A stretch of DNA of 64,000 nt from Patescibacteria group bacterium (GTDB lineage: Bacteria; Patescibacteriota; Minisyncoccia; Phycocordibacterales; Phycocordibacteraceae), in NCBI GenBank assembly GCA_040384705.1, contig JAZKIU010000001.1, forward strand, positions 405,847-469,846, read 5' to 3'. This document shows, piece after piece, positions 37,970 through 47,162 of this stretch; positions within the stretch are counted from its first letter, which is position 1; each line of letters starts with the position of its first letter. A program made the position numbers and the translations under genes. The notes beneath the pieces are model-generated. The model worked only from the letters and a program-made list of their open reading frames with translations, ran no database searches and was not told where the DNA came from.

Positions 37970-38554
37970 ATGATATTTCTTACCGGCCCGCATGGATCGG
38001 GCAAGACCACAGGAAGCAAGTTGCTTGAGCAATACGGATTCAAAGTCATTGATTTGGGACCGACACTTCGTCGCCTCCACACCGAGAGCGATTCCTCGCT
38101 GTCCTTCGGGGAATGGTGCAGAGCCGGGGAAGCAGATCAAGGAGCGAACTTCACGGATAACCTGCTCATCAACGAGATTAATAAGAGGTTCAGCGCAGTC
38201 GGAGGATCTTCTTCTGATTTCCTGGATCTATTGATTGTGGGTAGTCGTTCCGCTGAGGGCATCCAATATCTTCGGACGCGCGCAAAATGCGAAACAGCAT
38301 ACACCGATTCGATCATCTTTCTGGATGCCCCGTTCGAGATACTTCTGCGCAATTACAGTGAGCGTGAGGGATCACGATATTCGCGAGGTACGTTTCAAGT
38401 TATTCTGGAGCGTGATCGCGAGATGGGTCTGGAATCAATTCGATCGATCGCAAACTATGTGGTCAGAAACGATGGGTCGCTAGAGCTTCTTGCCGCCAAT
38501 TTGGAGGCGTTAATCTTTGTGACGCTTAAATATCGAAGGAGGGTCGTTGAATGA
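37970..38554 (+). CDS. P-loop nucleoside/nucleotide kinase-like protein
   Basis: FLTGPHGSGKTT, IFLDAP, VRNDGSL. Confidence 0.75.
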   Translation: MIFLTGPHGSGKTTGSKLLEQYGFKVIDLGPTLRRLHTESDSSLSFGEWCRAGEADQGANFTDNLLINEINKRFSAVGGSSSDFLDLLIVGSRSAEGIQYLRTRAKCETAYTDSIIFLDAPFEILLRNYSEREGSRYSRGTFQVILERDREMGLESIRSIANYVVRNDGSLELLAANLEALIFVTLKYRRRVVE

Positions 38555-39015
38555 CCAGATCAGATGTACTGGATGCCTGGGAAGCTTTTTTGAAAGGAAA
38601 GCTGACGGAGCAGGAGGCCTCGCTGGACGATGCCGAGAGTACCGCTCGCGATGCTCCAGGATCAAATGTAACGCGATCGGACCAGAGCCGCGAGCAATAC
38701 AGCAACCTGGCACTCGGCCTTCAACAAGTCATCGCGGCAACGAAGGATGCGCTTGGGTTCGTCCAGAAGATTCGACTACAACCGCGCACAACGAACATAA
38801 TCCGACCAGGTTCTCTTGTCAGGACGAGTTCGCCGAACTCGGCGGTTAGTTTCCTTGTCATTCCATTCGCGCAAGGTGACAAACTTACCATCGGCCACGA
38901 AGAAATTCTTGTGATTTCGCCTGAAAGCCCTATCGGCGCTCAGTTAATCGGAAAGGAGGTGGGCGACGAGCTGCGGTATAAGAGTGAAGAGCTAGATATC
39001 GACGAGATTCTCTAG
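38551..39015 (+). CDS. GreA/GreB-family domain protein
   Basis: Coiled coil plus VISPESPIGAQLIGKEVGD. Confidence 0.75.
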   Translation: MTRSDVLDAWEAFLKGKLTEQEASLDDAESTARDAPGSNVTRSDQSREQYSNLALGLQQVIAATKDALGFVQKIRLQPRTTNIIRPGSLVRTSSPNSAVSFLVIPFAQGDKLTIGHEEILVISPESPIGAQLIGKEVGDELRYKSEELDIDEIL

Positions 39016-39094
39016 AGGGTTCCGAAGCGCAGATATTGACCCAAGCCAAGGGCCCGCCATGCGGGCCCTTTTCTTTACGGATAAGCCGAAGGCC

Positions 39095-39556
39095 TTACCA
39101 GGCTGAAGTGATCGCTCTTTTGTCCAGCCATTCTTCAATCCTCCGACGTGTCCCGGACGATACGCAATCAGGTAAGTCGCACGGGTCGAAGAAAGACCAT
39201 TGCCCGATTTCAAAGTGTCCGGTTGGGGCAAATGTGAAGGCCTTGATAACGAAAACGGTGATTGTATCCTTCTTATGCTCATACTGATTCAAATACTCGC
39301 TGAGCTCGGCGGCATAGGAAAATTCCGAGATGCCAAGTTCTTCCCTTAATTCGCGACGTAAAGTAGCCTCAGCAGCCTCATCCCGCTTGCCTGCTCCTCC
39401 AGGCAGATACCATCTCTCGTCGTATCGGTGTCGGACAAGTAGGACTTGACCTTGCGGATTAACCAGAATCGCCCTCGCGCCTATTGTGACCGGTCGGGCC
39501 AACCGCCAATACAGTTTCCTTATAATAGTCGCGAGTTTGAGAATGATTTCAAGCAT
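39095..39556 (-). CDS. NUDIX hydrolase
   Basis: WYLPGG..RDE....RRELREELG. Confidence 0.9.
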   Translation of the reverse strand: MLEIILKLATIIRKLYWRLARPVTIGARAILVNPQGQVLLVRHRYDERWYLPGGAGKRDEAAEATLRRELREELGISEFSYAAELSEYLNQYEHKKDTITVFVIKAFTFAPTGHFEIGQWSFFDPCDLPDCVSSGTRRRIEEWLDKRAITSAW

Positions 39557-39708
39557 GTTTGCCTCTATTCTAACTGCTACCCAAATAGCGGGTGGCAGGG
39601 GGATACTTGCAAAATATATAAGATATGCTATAGTATATTACAGTGGTTGGATACGACTCATTTGAGCCATATCCCGCCTGAACCTTCAATCTGCAGAGGA
39701 GGCGAGCG

Positions 39709-40341
39709 ATGCTCGTATATATCATCGCCGTGCTTGCGTACGGCGCCGCTATCGCCGCTACCACTGCGGCCTACTGGCACTACGATCGCGACCACCAAGC
39801 GGGCCATACGGTTCCGAATCGCTGGTCCTGGCTCATCTGGGGCGTCACCACCATCGTGGAGGCCCTCACGTTCCAGGCTATCAGCGAGGGTGCGACGGTG
39901 ATCGAGAACGTGCTGAAGACTTCGGTCTTCTACGTTTCAGGCATCTGTTGCATCCTGGTCACCATCCGCATCTGGCGGAAGGCCGAATGGAAGATGCCGC
40001 AGTGGAACGAGGTGATATCCGTTATCGCCTCTCTCGCCGCCATCGTCCTCTGGGTCATCTACCATGAAGCGTGGTGGGCCCACGTGGTCGCCATCGTCGC
40101 CATCCCAGTCTCGTTCATTCCGAGCTGGATCGATGCGCGAAGGAACCCGGAAGCTGAGCAAAGTCGTGCGTGGGGCCTTTGGACCCTCGGTGACGCGCTC
40201 ACTTTCGGCGGCATTCTGCTTCTCATCGACACCGATAAGGAGCTTCCGTACATCATCACTGAGTTCGGGTGCCATGCGGCCATGTGGCTGCTGGTCTGGC
40301 GCACGCGGCTATGCGCTACAGCAAAACGGCTATTGGCCTAG
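39709..40341 (+). CDS. multi-pass membrane protein (accessory)
   Basis: PNRWSWLIW motif, multiple TM helices, AGGAGG SD. Confidence 0.7.
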   Translation: MLVYIIAVLAYGAAIAATTAAYWHYDRDHQAGHTVPNRWSWLIWGVTTIVEALTFQAISEGATVIENVLKTSVFYVSGICCILVTIRIWRKAEWKMPQWNEVISVIASLAAIVLWVIYHEAWWAHVVAIVAIPVSFIPSWIDARRNPEAEQSRAWGLWTLGDALTFGGILLLIDTDKELPYIITEFGCHAAMWLLVWRTRLCATAKRLLA

Positions 40342-40448
40342 AGCTAGTAGCCGCGCCCACGGGGGACAGCGCGTACCGCTGTCCCCTTTATTGTTTTCCT
40401 CTGTCTTTCAATTCTGGTTATCAGCACGGTATATAATCCAATCAACCT

Positions 40449-41009
40449 ATGAAGGTGCTCGTCCTCAATAATTTCGCCATTGGGCAAACACATCTCGGAC
40501 AATCCGTCTTCGCTGCGCGTACCTTCAAGAAGGGGGACGTCATTACGAAGTTCACCGGCCCCATACTTCATAAATCGGAGATACCGAAGCGCTATAAGGG
40601 CGAAGCGGATCGCTACGTGCAGATAGGGGCGGATGAGTTCATGGGACCCTCGGGCGAAATAGACGATTTGATAAACCACTCGTGCGAGCCCAACGCCGGC
40701 CTTAAATTCTCCAAGGCAGGAATTCTTCTAGTCGCTATACACCCAATCGAAGAGGGGGAGGAAATTACGTGGGATTACTCTACTACCATGTTCGAGAATG
40801 CCTGGAAGATGAAGTGTGACTGCAGAAAAGGCACCTGTCGCAAGATAATTGGGGACTTCATGCTCCTCGATACACCCCTCCAGCAGATGTACCGCCGCTT
40901 AAACATTATTCCCAAGTACTTGAAAAACTACATGGATAGTGCGGAATATAATGTATATACTGAAGGCATTCAGCAACTACGCAAGCATGCCGCAACAAAA
41001 GGGAAATAA
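40449..41009 (+). CDS. SET-domain protein with post-SET cysteines
   Basis: INHSCEPN, GEEITWDY, CDC....CR. Confidence 0.9.
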   Translation: MKVLVLNNFAIGQTHLGQSVFAARTFKKGDVITKFTGPILHKSEIPKRYKGEADRYVQIGADEFMGPSGEIDDLINHSCEPNAGLKFSKAGILLVAIHPIEEGEEITWDYSTTMFENAWKMKCDCRKGTCRKIIGDFMLLDTPLQQMYRRLNIIPKYLKNYMDSAEYNVYTEGIQQLRKHAATKGK

Positions 41010-41169
41010 GCTGTTCTGGGGAGTCGCCATCACTTGCTACGCGCTTGTCGTATTAGCCACGTACTTCCGCATGTACGTCTATCACGCATACCCCATTTAC
41101 TATACGGAGGATGAGATACCTGACGCAGCAGGCGAGATCTGGACTGCCATTAGCGAACTCGGCCTATGA
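40987..41169 (+). CDS. small single-TM protein
   Basis: 60-aa ORF overlapping SET gene end and kinase start. Confidence 0.5.
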   Translation: MPQQKGNKLFWGVAITCYALVVLATYFRMYVYHAYPIYYTEDEIPDAAGEIWTAISELGL

Positions 41170-42800
41170 TGTGCGAGTGGGATGTCGCGCAGTTTCTTAT
41201 CTTCTCGACGAACGGTGAGCCGCTTATATACTACTCGCATCTTACGTCGATAGTCATATTCCTTGCGCTCCTCGGTTTCACCCTCCTTAAGCTCAAGCAG
41301 TGGCCGCGTGGCGCTTTCCGCCTCATGGCTATCGCCTACATCGTATGGCTGTTCTGCGACTTAGTGCTGTGGGCGAACGACAACATCGAGCATGTATTGT
41401 TCTTCTGGACGCTCATCAACCTCGTTGAGCCACTCATATTCGTCGCGGCATTCGCGTATTGTATCCAGTTCATCGATAACCGTACGCTTTCCTCCAAGAG
41501 CCGGTGGGCGATCTTCGCGCTTCTTTTCCCCACACTGGTCATGGCACCCATGGGCCTCTCGGTCGTCGGCTTTGACTACACCACGTGCGACCGCAATGTT
41601 GTGGAGGGAATTGCTGCGTACTACAACTATTTCCTCGAAGCGCTCTTTGTATTCCTACTCCTACTTAAGACCGGTAGCATCCTTATATACAAGCGATATG
41701 CAGGACGTCGCGTCAGGCTTACGCTGGTCGTCGTTGGAACATCCCTACTCCTCTTCTCGTTCCTCATAGCTAACTTCCTGGGGACGTTCACGGGCGATTA
41801 TGTAACAAGCCAGTACGGACACATTGCCGTACCGATATTCGCTGCCTTCCTGGCATATATCACCATTAAGTACGAGTCGTTCGAGCCGCGCATTCTCCTC
41901 GTGGATACACTGGTCGTTGCGCTGTTTATCCTTCTCCTCTCTCTTCTCTTCGTCGAAGAGAATAACTACCAGATATATGCGAATGCTCTCGCGTTCGCGA
42001 TAATGATCCCACTCGGCTACACCCTCGTGACAAGTATCCGCAAGGAGGTGAAGACAAGGAAAGAGATTCAGCAACTCGCTACCAATCTCGAGTCTGCGAA
42101 CGGAAAGCTGAAGGAACTAGATCAGCTCAAGAGTGAATTCCTCTCGGTCGCGACGCACCAGTTGCGTGCACCGCTCACGGCAATACGCGGCTACGCAGCC
42201 AATATTAGCGAAGGCAGCTACGGTGCGGTCCCAGAATATCTGAACGATCCACTGCATGTCATCCAGGAATCCACCCGGCTTATGGTCAACTCCATCGAGG
42301 ACTACCTCAACATCTCCCGTATCGAGCAGGGACGCATGAAGTATGAGAAGAGCGACTTCGATATCTCCGATATATCGAAGCGAGTCATCGAGGAACTCCT
42401 GCCGGTGGCAACCAAGAAGGGCCTTGCTCTTACCCTCACCGCAAACGAGCCGATAACGGTCAATGCGGATATCGGCAAGATAAAGCAAGTGCTGACGAAT
42501 CTCGTCGATAACGCCATCAAGTACACGGAGAAGGGGAGCATTGCTGTGACTGTAGAGAAGAAGGAGAAGGTCGCACGAGTAACCATCACCGATAGTGGTG
42601 TGGGCATAGCCGCTGATGAGATAGATAAGCTCTTCTCCAAGTTCACTCGAGCGCGTGCTGCGAACGAAGTGAACACGACCGGTACCGGCCTCGGACTCTA
42701 CGTAGCGAAGCAGCTCGTCGAGGGTAATGGTGGAAAGGTGTGGGTGGAATCAGACGGACTTGGTAAGGGTTCTCGGTTCGTCGTTGAGCTTCCGGTATAA
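41166..42800 (+). CDS. sensor histidine kinase with multi-TM input
   Basis: THQLRAPL (H box), NLVDNAIKY, DSGVG, GTGLGL. Confidence 0.93.
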   Translation: MMCEWDVAQFLIFSTNGEPLIYYSHLTSIVIFLALLGFTLLKLKQWPRGAFRLMAIAYIVWLFCDLVLWANDNIEHVLFFWTLINLVEPLIFVAAFAYCIQFIDNRTLSSKSRWAIFALLFPTLVMAPMGLSVVGFDYTTCDRNVVEGIAAYYNYFLEALFVFLLLLKTGSILIYKRYAGRRVRLTLVVVGTSLLLFSFLIANFLGTFTGDYVTSQYGHIAVPIFAAFLAYITIKYESFEPRILLVDTLVVALFILLLSLLFVEENNYQIYANALAFAIMIPLGYTLVTSIRKEVKTRKEIQQLATNLESANGKLKELDQLKSEFLSVATHQLRAPLTAIRGYAANISEGSYGAVPEYLNDPLHVIQESTRLMVNSIEDYLNISRIEQGRMKYEKSDFDISDISKRVIEELLPVATKKGLALTLTANEPITVNADIGKIKQVLTNLVDNAIKYTEKGSIAVTVEKKEKVARVTITDSGVGIAADEIDKLFSKFTRARAANEVNTTGTGLGLYVAKQLVEGNGGKVWVESDGLGKGSRFVVELPV

Positions 42801-42807
42801 TTTCCGA

Positions 42808-43845
42808 ATGGAGTTCCAGAAGCTTCCGAAGCTATTGCCGGGCGACAAGGTGGCTGTCCTTTCGCCGTCGTTCGCTGCGCCAGGAAAATGGCCGCATATA
42901 CACGACCTTGGACTGAAGCGCCTCCGCGAAATATTCGAGCTCGAGCCGGTCGAATTCTCAGCGACCAGGAAGCTGGGCGCTTCGGGCGCGGAGCGGAGTG
43001 CCGATCTCGTCGCAGCATTCGAGGACCCGAGCATCAAGGGTGTCATAGCATCGCTTGGTGGTGATGATCAGATCACGTATATAAAGAACTTGCCACCCAC
43101 GCCTTTCGTACAGAATCCGAAGCCTTTCTTCGGCTTCAGTGACAACACACACTTCGCTAACTTTCTCTGGTTGAACGGCGTACCTTCATATTACGGTGGC
43201 GCTCTCTTTACGCAGTTCGCTATGCAAAAGGAAATGGATGCCTTCACTACGGAGTATCTTCGGGTAGCGCTTTTCGAGGAGAGCGAGTATGAACTCAAGG
43301 CAAGCGACTATTTCAAGGAGGTTGGGCTCGGGTGGGATGATCCGGCAAACATGGATAGAGAGCGTGAGCGACGCCCGAATGCTGGTTGGCGATGGGACGG
43401 TGAAGAAAACGTTGAAGGAGTGACGTGGGGCGGCTGCCTGGAGTCCATCGATGAGCTTCTGCGGCATGGAGTAGCGATTCCGACTCTCGAGCAGTTCTCC
43501 AGTGTCGTCCTCATGACAGAAACGTCAGAGGAACTGCCTTCTGCAGATTATGTCAGACGGGTATATCGCGCTCTCGGCGAGCGCGGTATCCTCGCCCGCG
43601 TCCGTGCGATTCTTGTTGGACGTCCGAAAGCATGGGAATTCGATAAGCCTAATTCTATCGAGGAACGAGATATTTATAGACAACGTCAGCAAGAAATCAT
43701 TCTCGCTACAGTGCGTCACTATAACTCCACTGTCCCGGTTATCCAGAATCTTGACTTTGGCCATACGGACCCTCAAATACCGATGCCGTACGGTCGACAT
43801 ATACGCATCGACTCGGCGAAGAGAAGTGTCAGTGCGGAATTTTGA
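42808..43845 (+). CDS. S66 LD-carboxypeptidase/MccF-like peptidase
   Basis: GGDD, KPFFGFSDNT, GGCLE, ETSEE, DFGHTDPQ. Confidence 0.9.
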   Translation: MEFQKLPKLLPGDKVAVLSPSFAAPGKWPHIHDLGLKRLREIFELEPVEFSATRKLGASGAERSADLVAAFEDPSIKGVIASLGGDDQITYIKNLPPTPFVQNPKPFFGFSDNTHFANFLWLNGVPSYYGGALFTQFAMQKEMDAFTTEYLRVALFEESEYELKASDYFKEVGLGWDDPANMDRERERRPNAGWRWDGEENVEGVTWGGCLESIDELLRHGVAIPTLEQFSSVVLMTETSEELPSADYVRRVYRALGERGILARVRAILVGRPKAWEFDKPNSIEERDIYRQRQQEIILATVRHYNSTVPVIQNLDFGHTDPQIPMPYGRHIRIDSAKRSVSAEF

Positions 43846-43857
43846 TATAGTCAGCTC

Positions 43858-44490
43858 ATGAAAACCATCTACTTCGTTCGGCACGGAGAGAGCGAGGGAA
43901 ATATCGGTACGCATTATCAGGAAGAGAGCACGCCCCTAAGCGAGAACGGGCGTGCTCAGGCTGAGGCCATGGCTGATCGAGCGAAACGGCTTACGTTGGA
44001 TGGCATCGTAGCGAGCACGATGGTGCGTGCGCAGGAGACTGCTGCTGCTATCTCGCTGGCCACCGGTATTCCAGTTGTGTCGACCGATCTGCTCATCGAA
44101 CGCCGGCGTCCGTCCGAACAGGTGAATCAATTGAAAGTCAGTCCGGCAGCCGTGCTTGCCGAGGAGGAGATCATCAAGAACTCGGGCATTCCTGGCTATA
44201 GATATTCCGACGAAGAGAACTTCGATGAGCTCATGGAGCGAGCGGCGCTAGCGCTTTCGTATTTGCGGGATCATCCAGGACAGGACCTTCTTGTCGTGAC
44301 GCACGGCGTGTTCCTGCGGGTGCTGGTCACCTACGCAATTTTCGGAGAGGGAACCACCGAGCGTGAATTCAAGGGCATACTGAACGCACTTACCTGCTCG
44401 AATACCGGCCTCACTGTCCTGAAGCACGACGCTTCGCGGGAATGCCCATGGTCGCTCCTGACCTGGAACGACCACGCTCATCTGGGATAG
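43858..44490 (+). CDS. histidine phosphatase family protein
   Basis: VRHGES, RAQET, VVTHG. Confidence 0.9.
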   Translation: MKTIYFVRHGESEGNIGTHYQEESTPLSENGRAQAEAMADRAKRLTLDGIVASTMVRAQETAAAISLATGIPVVSTDLLIERRRPSEQVNQLKVSPAAVLAEEEIIKNSGIPGYRYSDEENFDELMERAALALSYLRDHPGQDLLVVTHGVFLRVLVTYAIFGEGTTEREFKGILNALTCSNTGLTVLKHDASRECPWSLLTWNDHAHLG

Positions 44491-44509
44491 GGTTTGATAT
44501 ACTCCTTTC

Positions 44510-45757
44510 ATGAACCTCGCTGAAGACCTGACGAAACGCGGGCTGGTGGAGCATTCGTCCGCCCCCATCGAGAAGATTCTTGAGAAGAAGCGCACTATAT
44601 ACCTCGGCATAGACCCGACCGCGGACTCGATGCACGTAGGGCACCTCGTTCCGCTCACCACGATGAAGCGGCTCGCGTCCGACGGCCACCGGATAGTGCT
44701 CCTGGTCGGCGGCGGCACCGGCATGATAGGGGACCCGAAGGAGAAGGGCGAACGCATCTTGCTCGACGCGAGGACCATCAATCGGAACAAGAAAGCGCTC
44801 AAGGCGCAGATGCAGAAGTTCATCGGCGCCCGGATAACGGTCGTCGATAACGCCGACTGGCTCGCCAAGGTGAAGCTCATCGATTTCCTCCGCGATATCG
44901 GGAAGTACTTCACGGTGAACGAGCTCATCAAGCGCGACCTGATAAAGCGCCGTCTCGAGACCCCGGACGAGAGCATCTCGTACACGGAGTTCGCCTATGC
45001 GCTCCTGCAGGGCTATGATTTCCTCGAACTCTATAAGAAGAAGGGTGTCGACGTGCAGCTCGGGAGCTCCGACCAATGGACGAACATCCTTTCCGGCGTC
45101 GAACTCATCCGCCGCAAGCTCGGGAAGGAAGCATTCGCGCTCGCTGGCCCCCTCATAACAGACGCGAACGGCAAGAAGTTCGGTAAGTCCGAAGGGAACG
45201 CCGTTTGGCTCGACCCTAAGAAGACCTCGCCCTATCAGTTCTATCAGTTCTGGCTTGGCCTTCCCGACATAGGGCTGGAGAAGTATTTCCGTGCCTACAC
45301 GTTCCTCGACGTGGACGAGATAGACGCGCTCATCACCACGCACATTCAGAACCCAGGCGCGCGCGAGGCGCAGGAGACGCTTGCGCGCGTCGTGACCGAG
45401 CTCGTGCATGGCCCGGCTGCCGCAGCCACTGCCGCAGCAGCCTCAAGCGCTCTCTTCGGGGGATCGCTCGCTGACCTTCCGCGTGAGGCTCATGCCGTCA
45501 TCCTCAACGAAGCGCCCTCCCTGCGCATATCGAGGTCAAATCTCGATATGGATAACGGAGTGCTCGACGCGCTCGTGGAGAGCAAGCTCGCAGCTTCCAA
45601 GTCCGATGCTCGTCGGCTTATCGAGTCGAAAGGAGTGAGCGTGAACGGGAAGACGGTTGAATCGGTAGAGCAGAAGCTTGCGGGGACTGACTTCGTGAAT
45701 GGGCTCGCGCTCCTTAAGAAGGGGAGGCGTGATATCGTCGTACTGGTTCTTAAATAG
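44510..45757 (+). CDS. tyrS: tyrosine--tRNA ligase
   Basis: GIDPTADSMHVGH, LLQGYDF, SDQW.NI, KFGKS. Confidence 0.96.
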   Translation: MNLAEDLTKRGLVEHSSAPIEKILEKKRTIYLGIDPTADSMHVGHLVPLTTMKRLASDGHRIVLLVGGGTGMIGDPKEKGERILLDARTINRNKKALKAQMQKFIGARITVVDNADWLAKVKLIDFLRDIGKYFTVNELIKRDLIKRRLETPDESISYTEFAYALLQGYDFLELYKKKGVDVQLGSSDQWTNILSGVELIRRKLGKEAFALAGPLITDANGKKFGKSEGNAVWLDPKKTSPYQFYQFWLGLPDIGLEKYFRAYTFLDVDEIDALITTHIQNPGAREAQETLARVVTELVHGPAAAATAAAASSALFGGSLADLPREAHAVILNEAPSLRISRSNLDMDNGVLDALVESKLAASKSDARRLIESKGVSVNGKTVESVEQKLAGTDFVNGLALLKKGRRDIVVLVLK

Positions 45758-45760
45758 GCC

Positions 45761-46348
45761 ATGCAAACCGAATACGAAGCAACCTTCTGGCCAATCGACA
45801 AGGCTGATATGCGCCAGAAGCTCGCTAGGCTTGAAGCGCACAGAGAGTATCCCGAACGGCTCATGCACCGCATCGCCTATAACCTCCCTGAGAGCAAGGC
45901 AATCGGCGACCCGAGCCGTACATGGGGTCGCGTACGGGCCGAAGGCGACCAGGTGACCATGAGCATAAAGAGCGTCACGGGACCGAATATCGAGGACCAG
46001 AAGGAGGCGCAGGTGACTATTGATACATTCGAGAACGGACGTGCCTTTATGGATTCCATGGGGTGCGTGGAGAAGTCGTACCAGGAGAGCAAACGTGAGC
46101 TATGGAAGCTCGACGGTGTGGAGATTATGATCGATGAGTGGCCTTTTCTCGACCCCTTCGTGGAGATAGAAGGAGTCACCGAAGAGGCAGTACGTGCGGT
46201 TGCCCAGAAGCTCGGATTCGATTGGTCTGAGGCGCACTTTGGAAATGTGGGCGCTTTCTATATTTCGAAATACGGGATAACGGAGGATCGTATCTACAAT
46301 CACACGCCACGCCTTGTTTTTGGGGATGCGCTTCCGTTCGAGCAGTAG
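45761..46348 (+). CDS. CYTH-domain protein
   Basis: EYE start, RVR, QESKRELW, FVEIEG. Confidence 0.8.
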   Translation: MQTEYEATFWPIDKADMRQKLARLEAHREYPERLMHRIAYNLPESKAIGDPSRTWGRVRAEGDQVTMSIKSVTGPNIEDQKEAQVTIDTFENGRAFMDSMGCVEKSYQESKRELWKLDGVEIMIDEWPFLDPFVEIEGVTEEAVRAVAQKLGFDWSEAHFGNVGAFYISKYGITEDRIYNHTPRLVFGDALPFEQ

Positions 46349-46389
46349 GATTTTATCTTTCCATCATCTTCCTTCGCCATACTGCAGAT

Positions 46390-47028
46390 ATGGCGATGCT
46401 TTCAGCCGGACAGAGAATTCAGGCCGCCAATCTCTATCGGAGCGGGCTTAGCGTCCAGCAAGTCGCTGACCACTTTGGAGTAACACTGGACGCAACATTC
46501 TATGCGCTTCGCAAGTTAGGGGTTCCAAGACGGACGGCCCAAGAATCGAATAGGATACGGTTCGAGAATAAGCCTCTTTCCTATAGCATCAAGGATTACC
46601 TGACGCAGGAGGAAGAGGACTTGAAGCTAGCTGCGGTGATGCTGTACTGGGCGGAGGGTTACAAAGTCGGGAAAACCATTGACTTCACGAACTCCGACCC
46701 CGACATGGTTATCATATTCAGACGTTTCCTAAGGGAAATATGTCGAGTAGATGAGAGTCGTATCCGTGCAAGCCTGTATTGCTATGAGGGTCAGGATATC
46801 GAGAGCCTGCATGTTTTCTGGAGTGAGCTCCTAGGCATACCTCGCTCCCAGTTTATTAAGCCCTATATAAAAGCAGCGGCGCCTGGCCCTCGAGGCCCCC
46901 GAATGATTCACGGTCTTGTTCATGTCCGATACTGTGATACAAAGTTACTTACGCAGATACTTCGTTGGATAGATGAATATCGGCAGAAATGCGTCGGTGG
47001 CAGAGTGGTCAATTGCGACTGGCTGTAA
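46390..47028 (+). CDS. HTH plus LAGLIDADG-like domain protein (CPR type)
   Basis: N-terminal HTH (LYRSGLSVQQVADHFG), LYWAEG.K...FTNSDP; 3' end overlaps tRNA-Tyr. Confidence 0.65.
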   Translation: MAMLSAGQRIQAANLYRSGLSVQQVADHFGVTLDATFYALRKLGVPRRTAQESNRIRFENKPLSYSIKDYLTQEEEDLKLAAVMLYWAEGYKVGKTIDFTNSDPDMVIIFRRFLREICRVDESRIRASLYCYEGQDIESLHVFWSELLGIPRSQFIKPYIKAAAPGPRGPRMIHGLVHVRYCDTKLLTQILRWIDEYRQKCVGGRVVNCDWL

Positions 47029-47073
47029 CCCAGTTGACTTAGGTCTACGAAGGTTCGAATCCTTCCCGGCGCA
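46991..47073 (+). tRNA. tRNA-Tyr(GTA), CCA not encoded
   Basis: GCGTCGG/CCGGCGC acceptor, ACTGG-CTGTAAC-CCAGT anticodon arm, long variable arm, GAAGG-TTCGAAT-CCTTC. Confidence 0.95.
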
Positions 47074-47075
47074 CA

Positions 47076-47117
47076 AACGAAAGTCGCCCTAAGCGAAAGC
47101 TTGGGGCGACTTTCGTT
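47076..47117 (+). terminator. hairpin after tRNA-Tyr
   Basis: AACGAAAGTCGCCCTAAGC-GAAA-GCTTGGGGCGACTTTCGTT. Confidence 0.75.
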
Positions 47118-47162
47118 ACACTAGCGTTCGGGTGCAAAGTGCCACATACTATTCCCATTGCT

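Noticed and set aside
18966-47118. Shared GGCGACTTTCGTTA in a cassette terminator and the post-tRNA-Tyr hairpin
   Set aside because: Only two 14-nt occurrences; cannot be distinguished from chance
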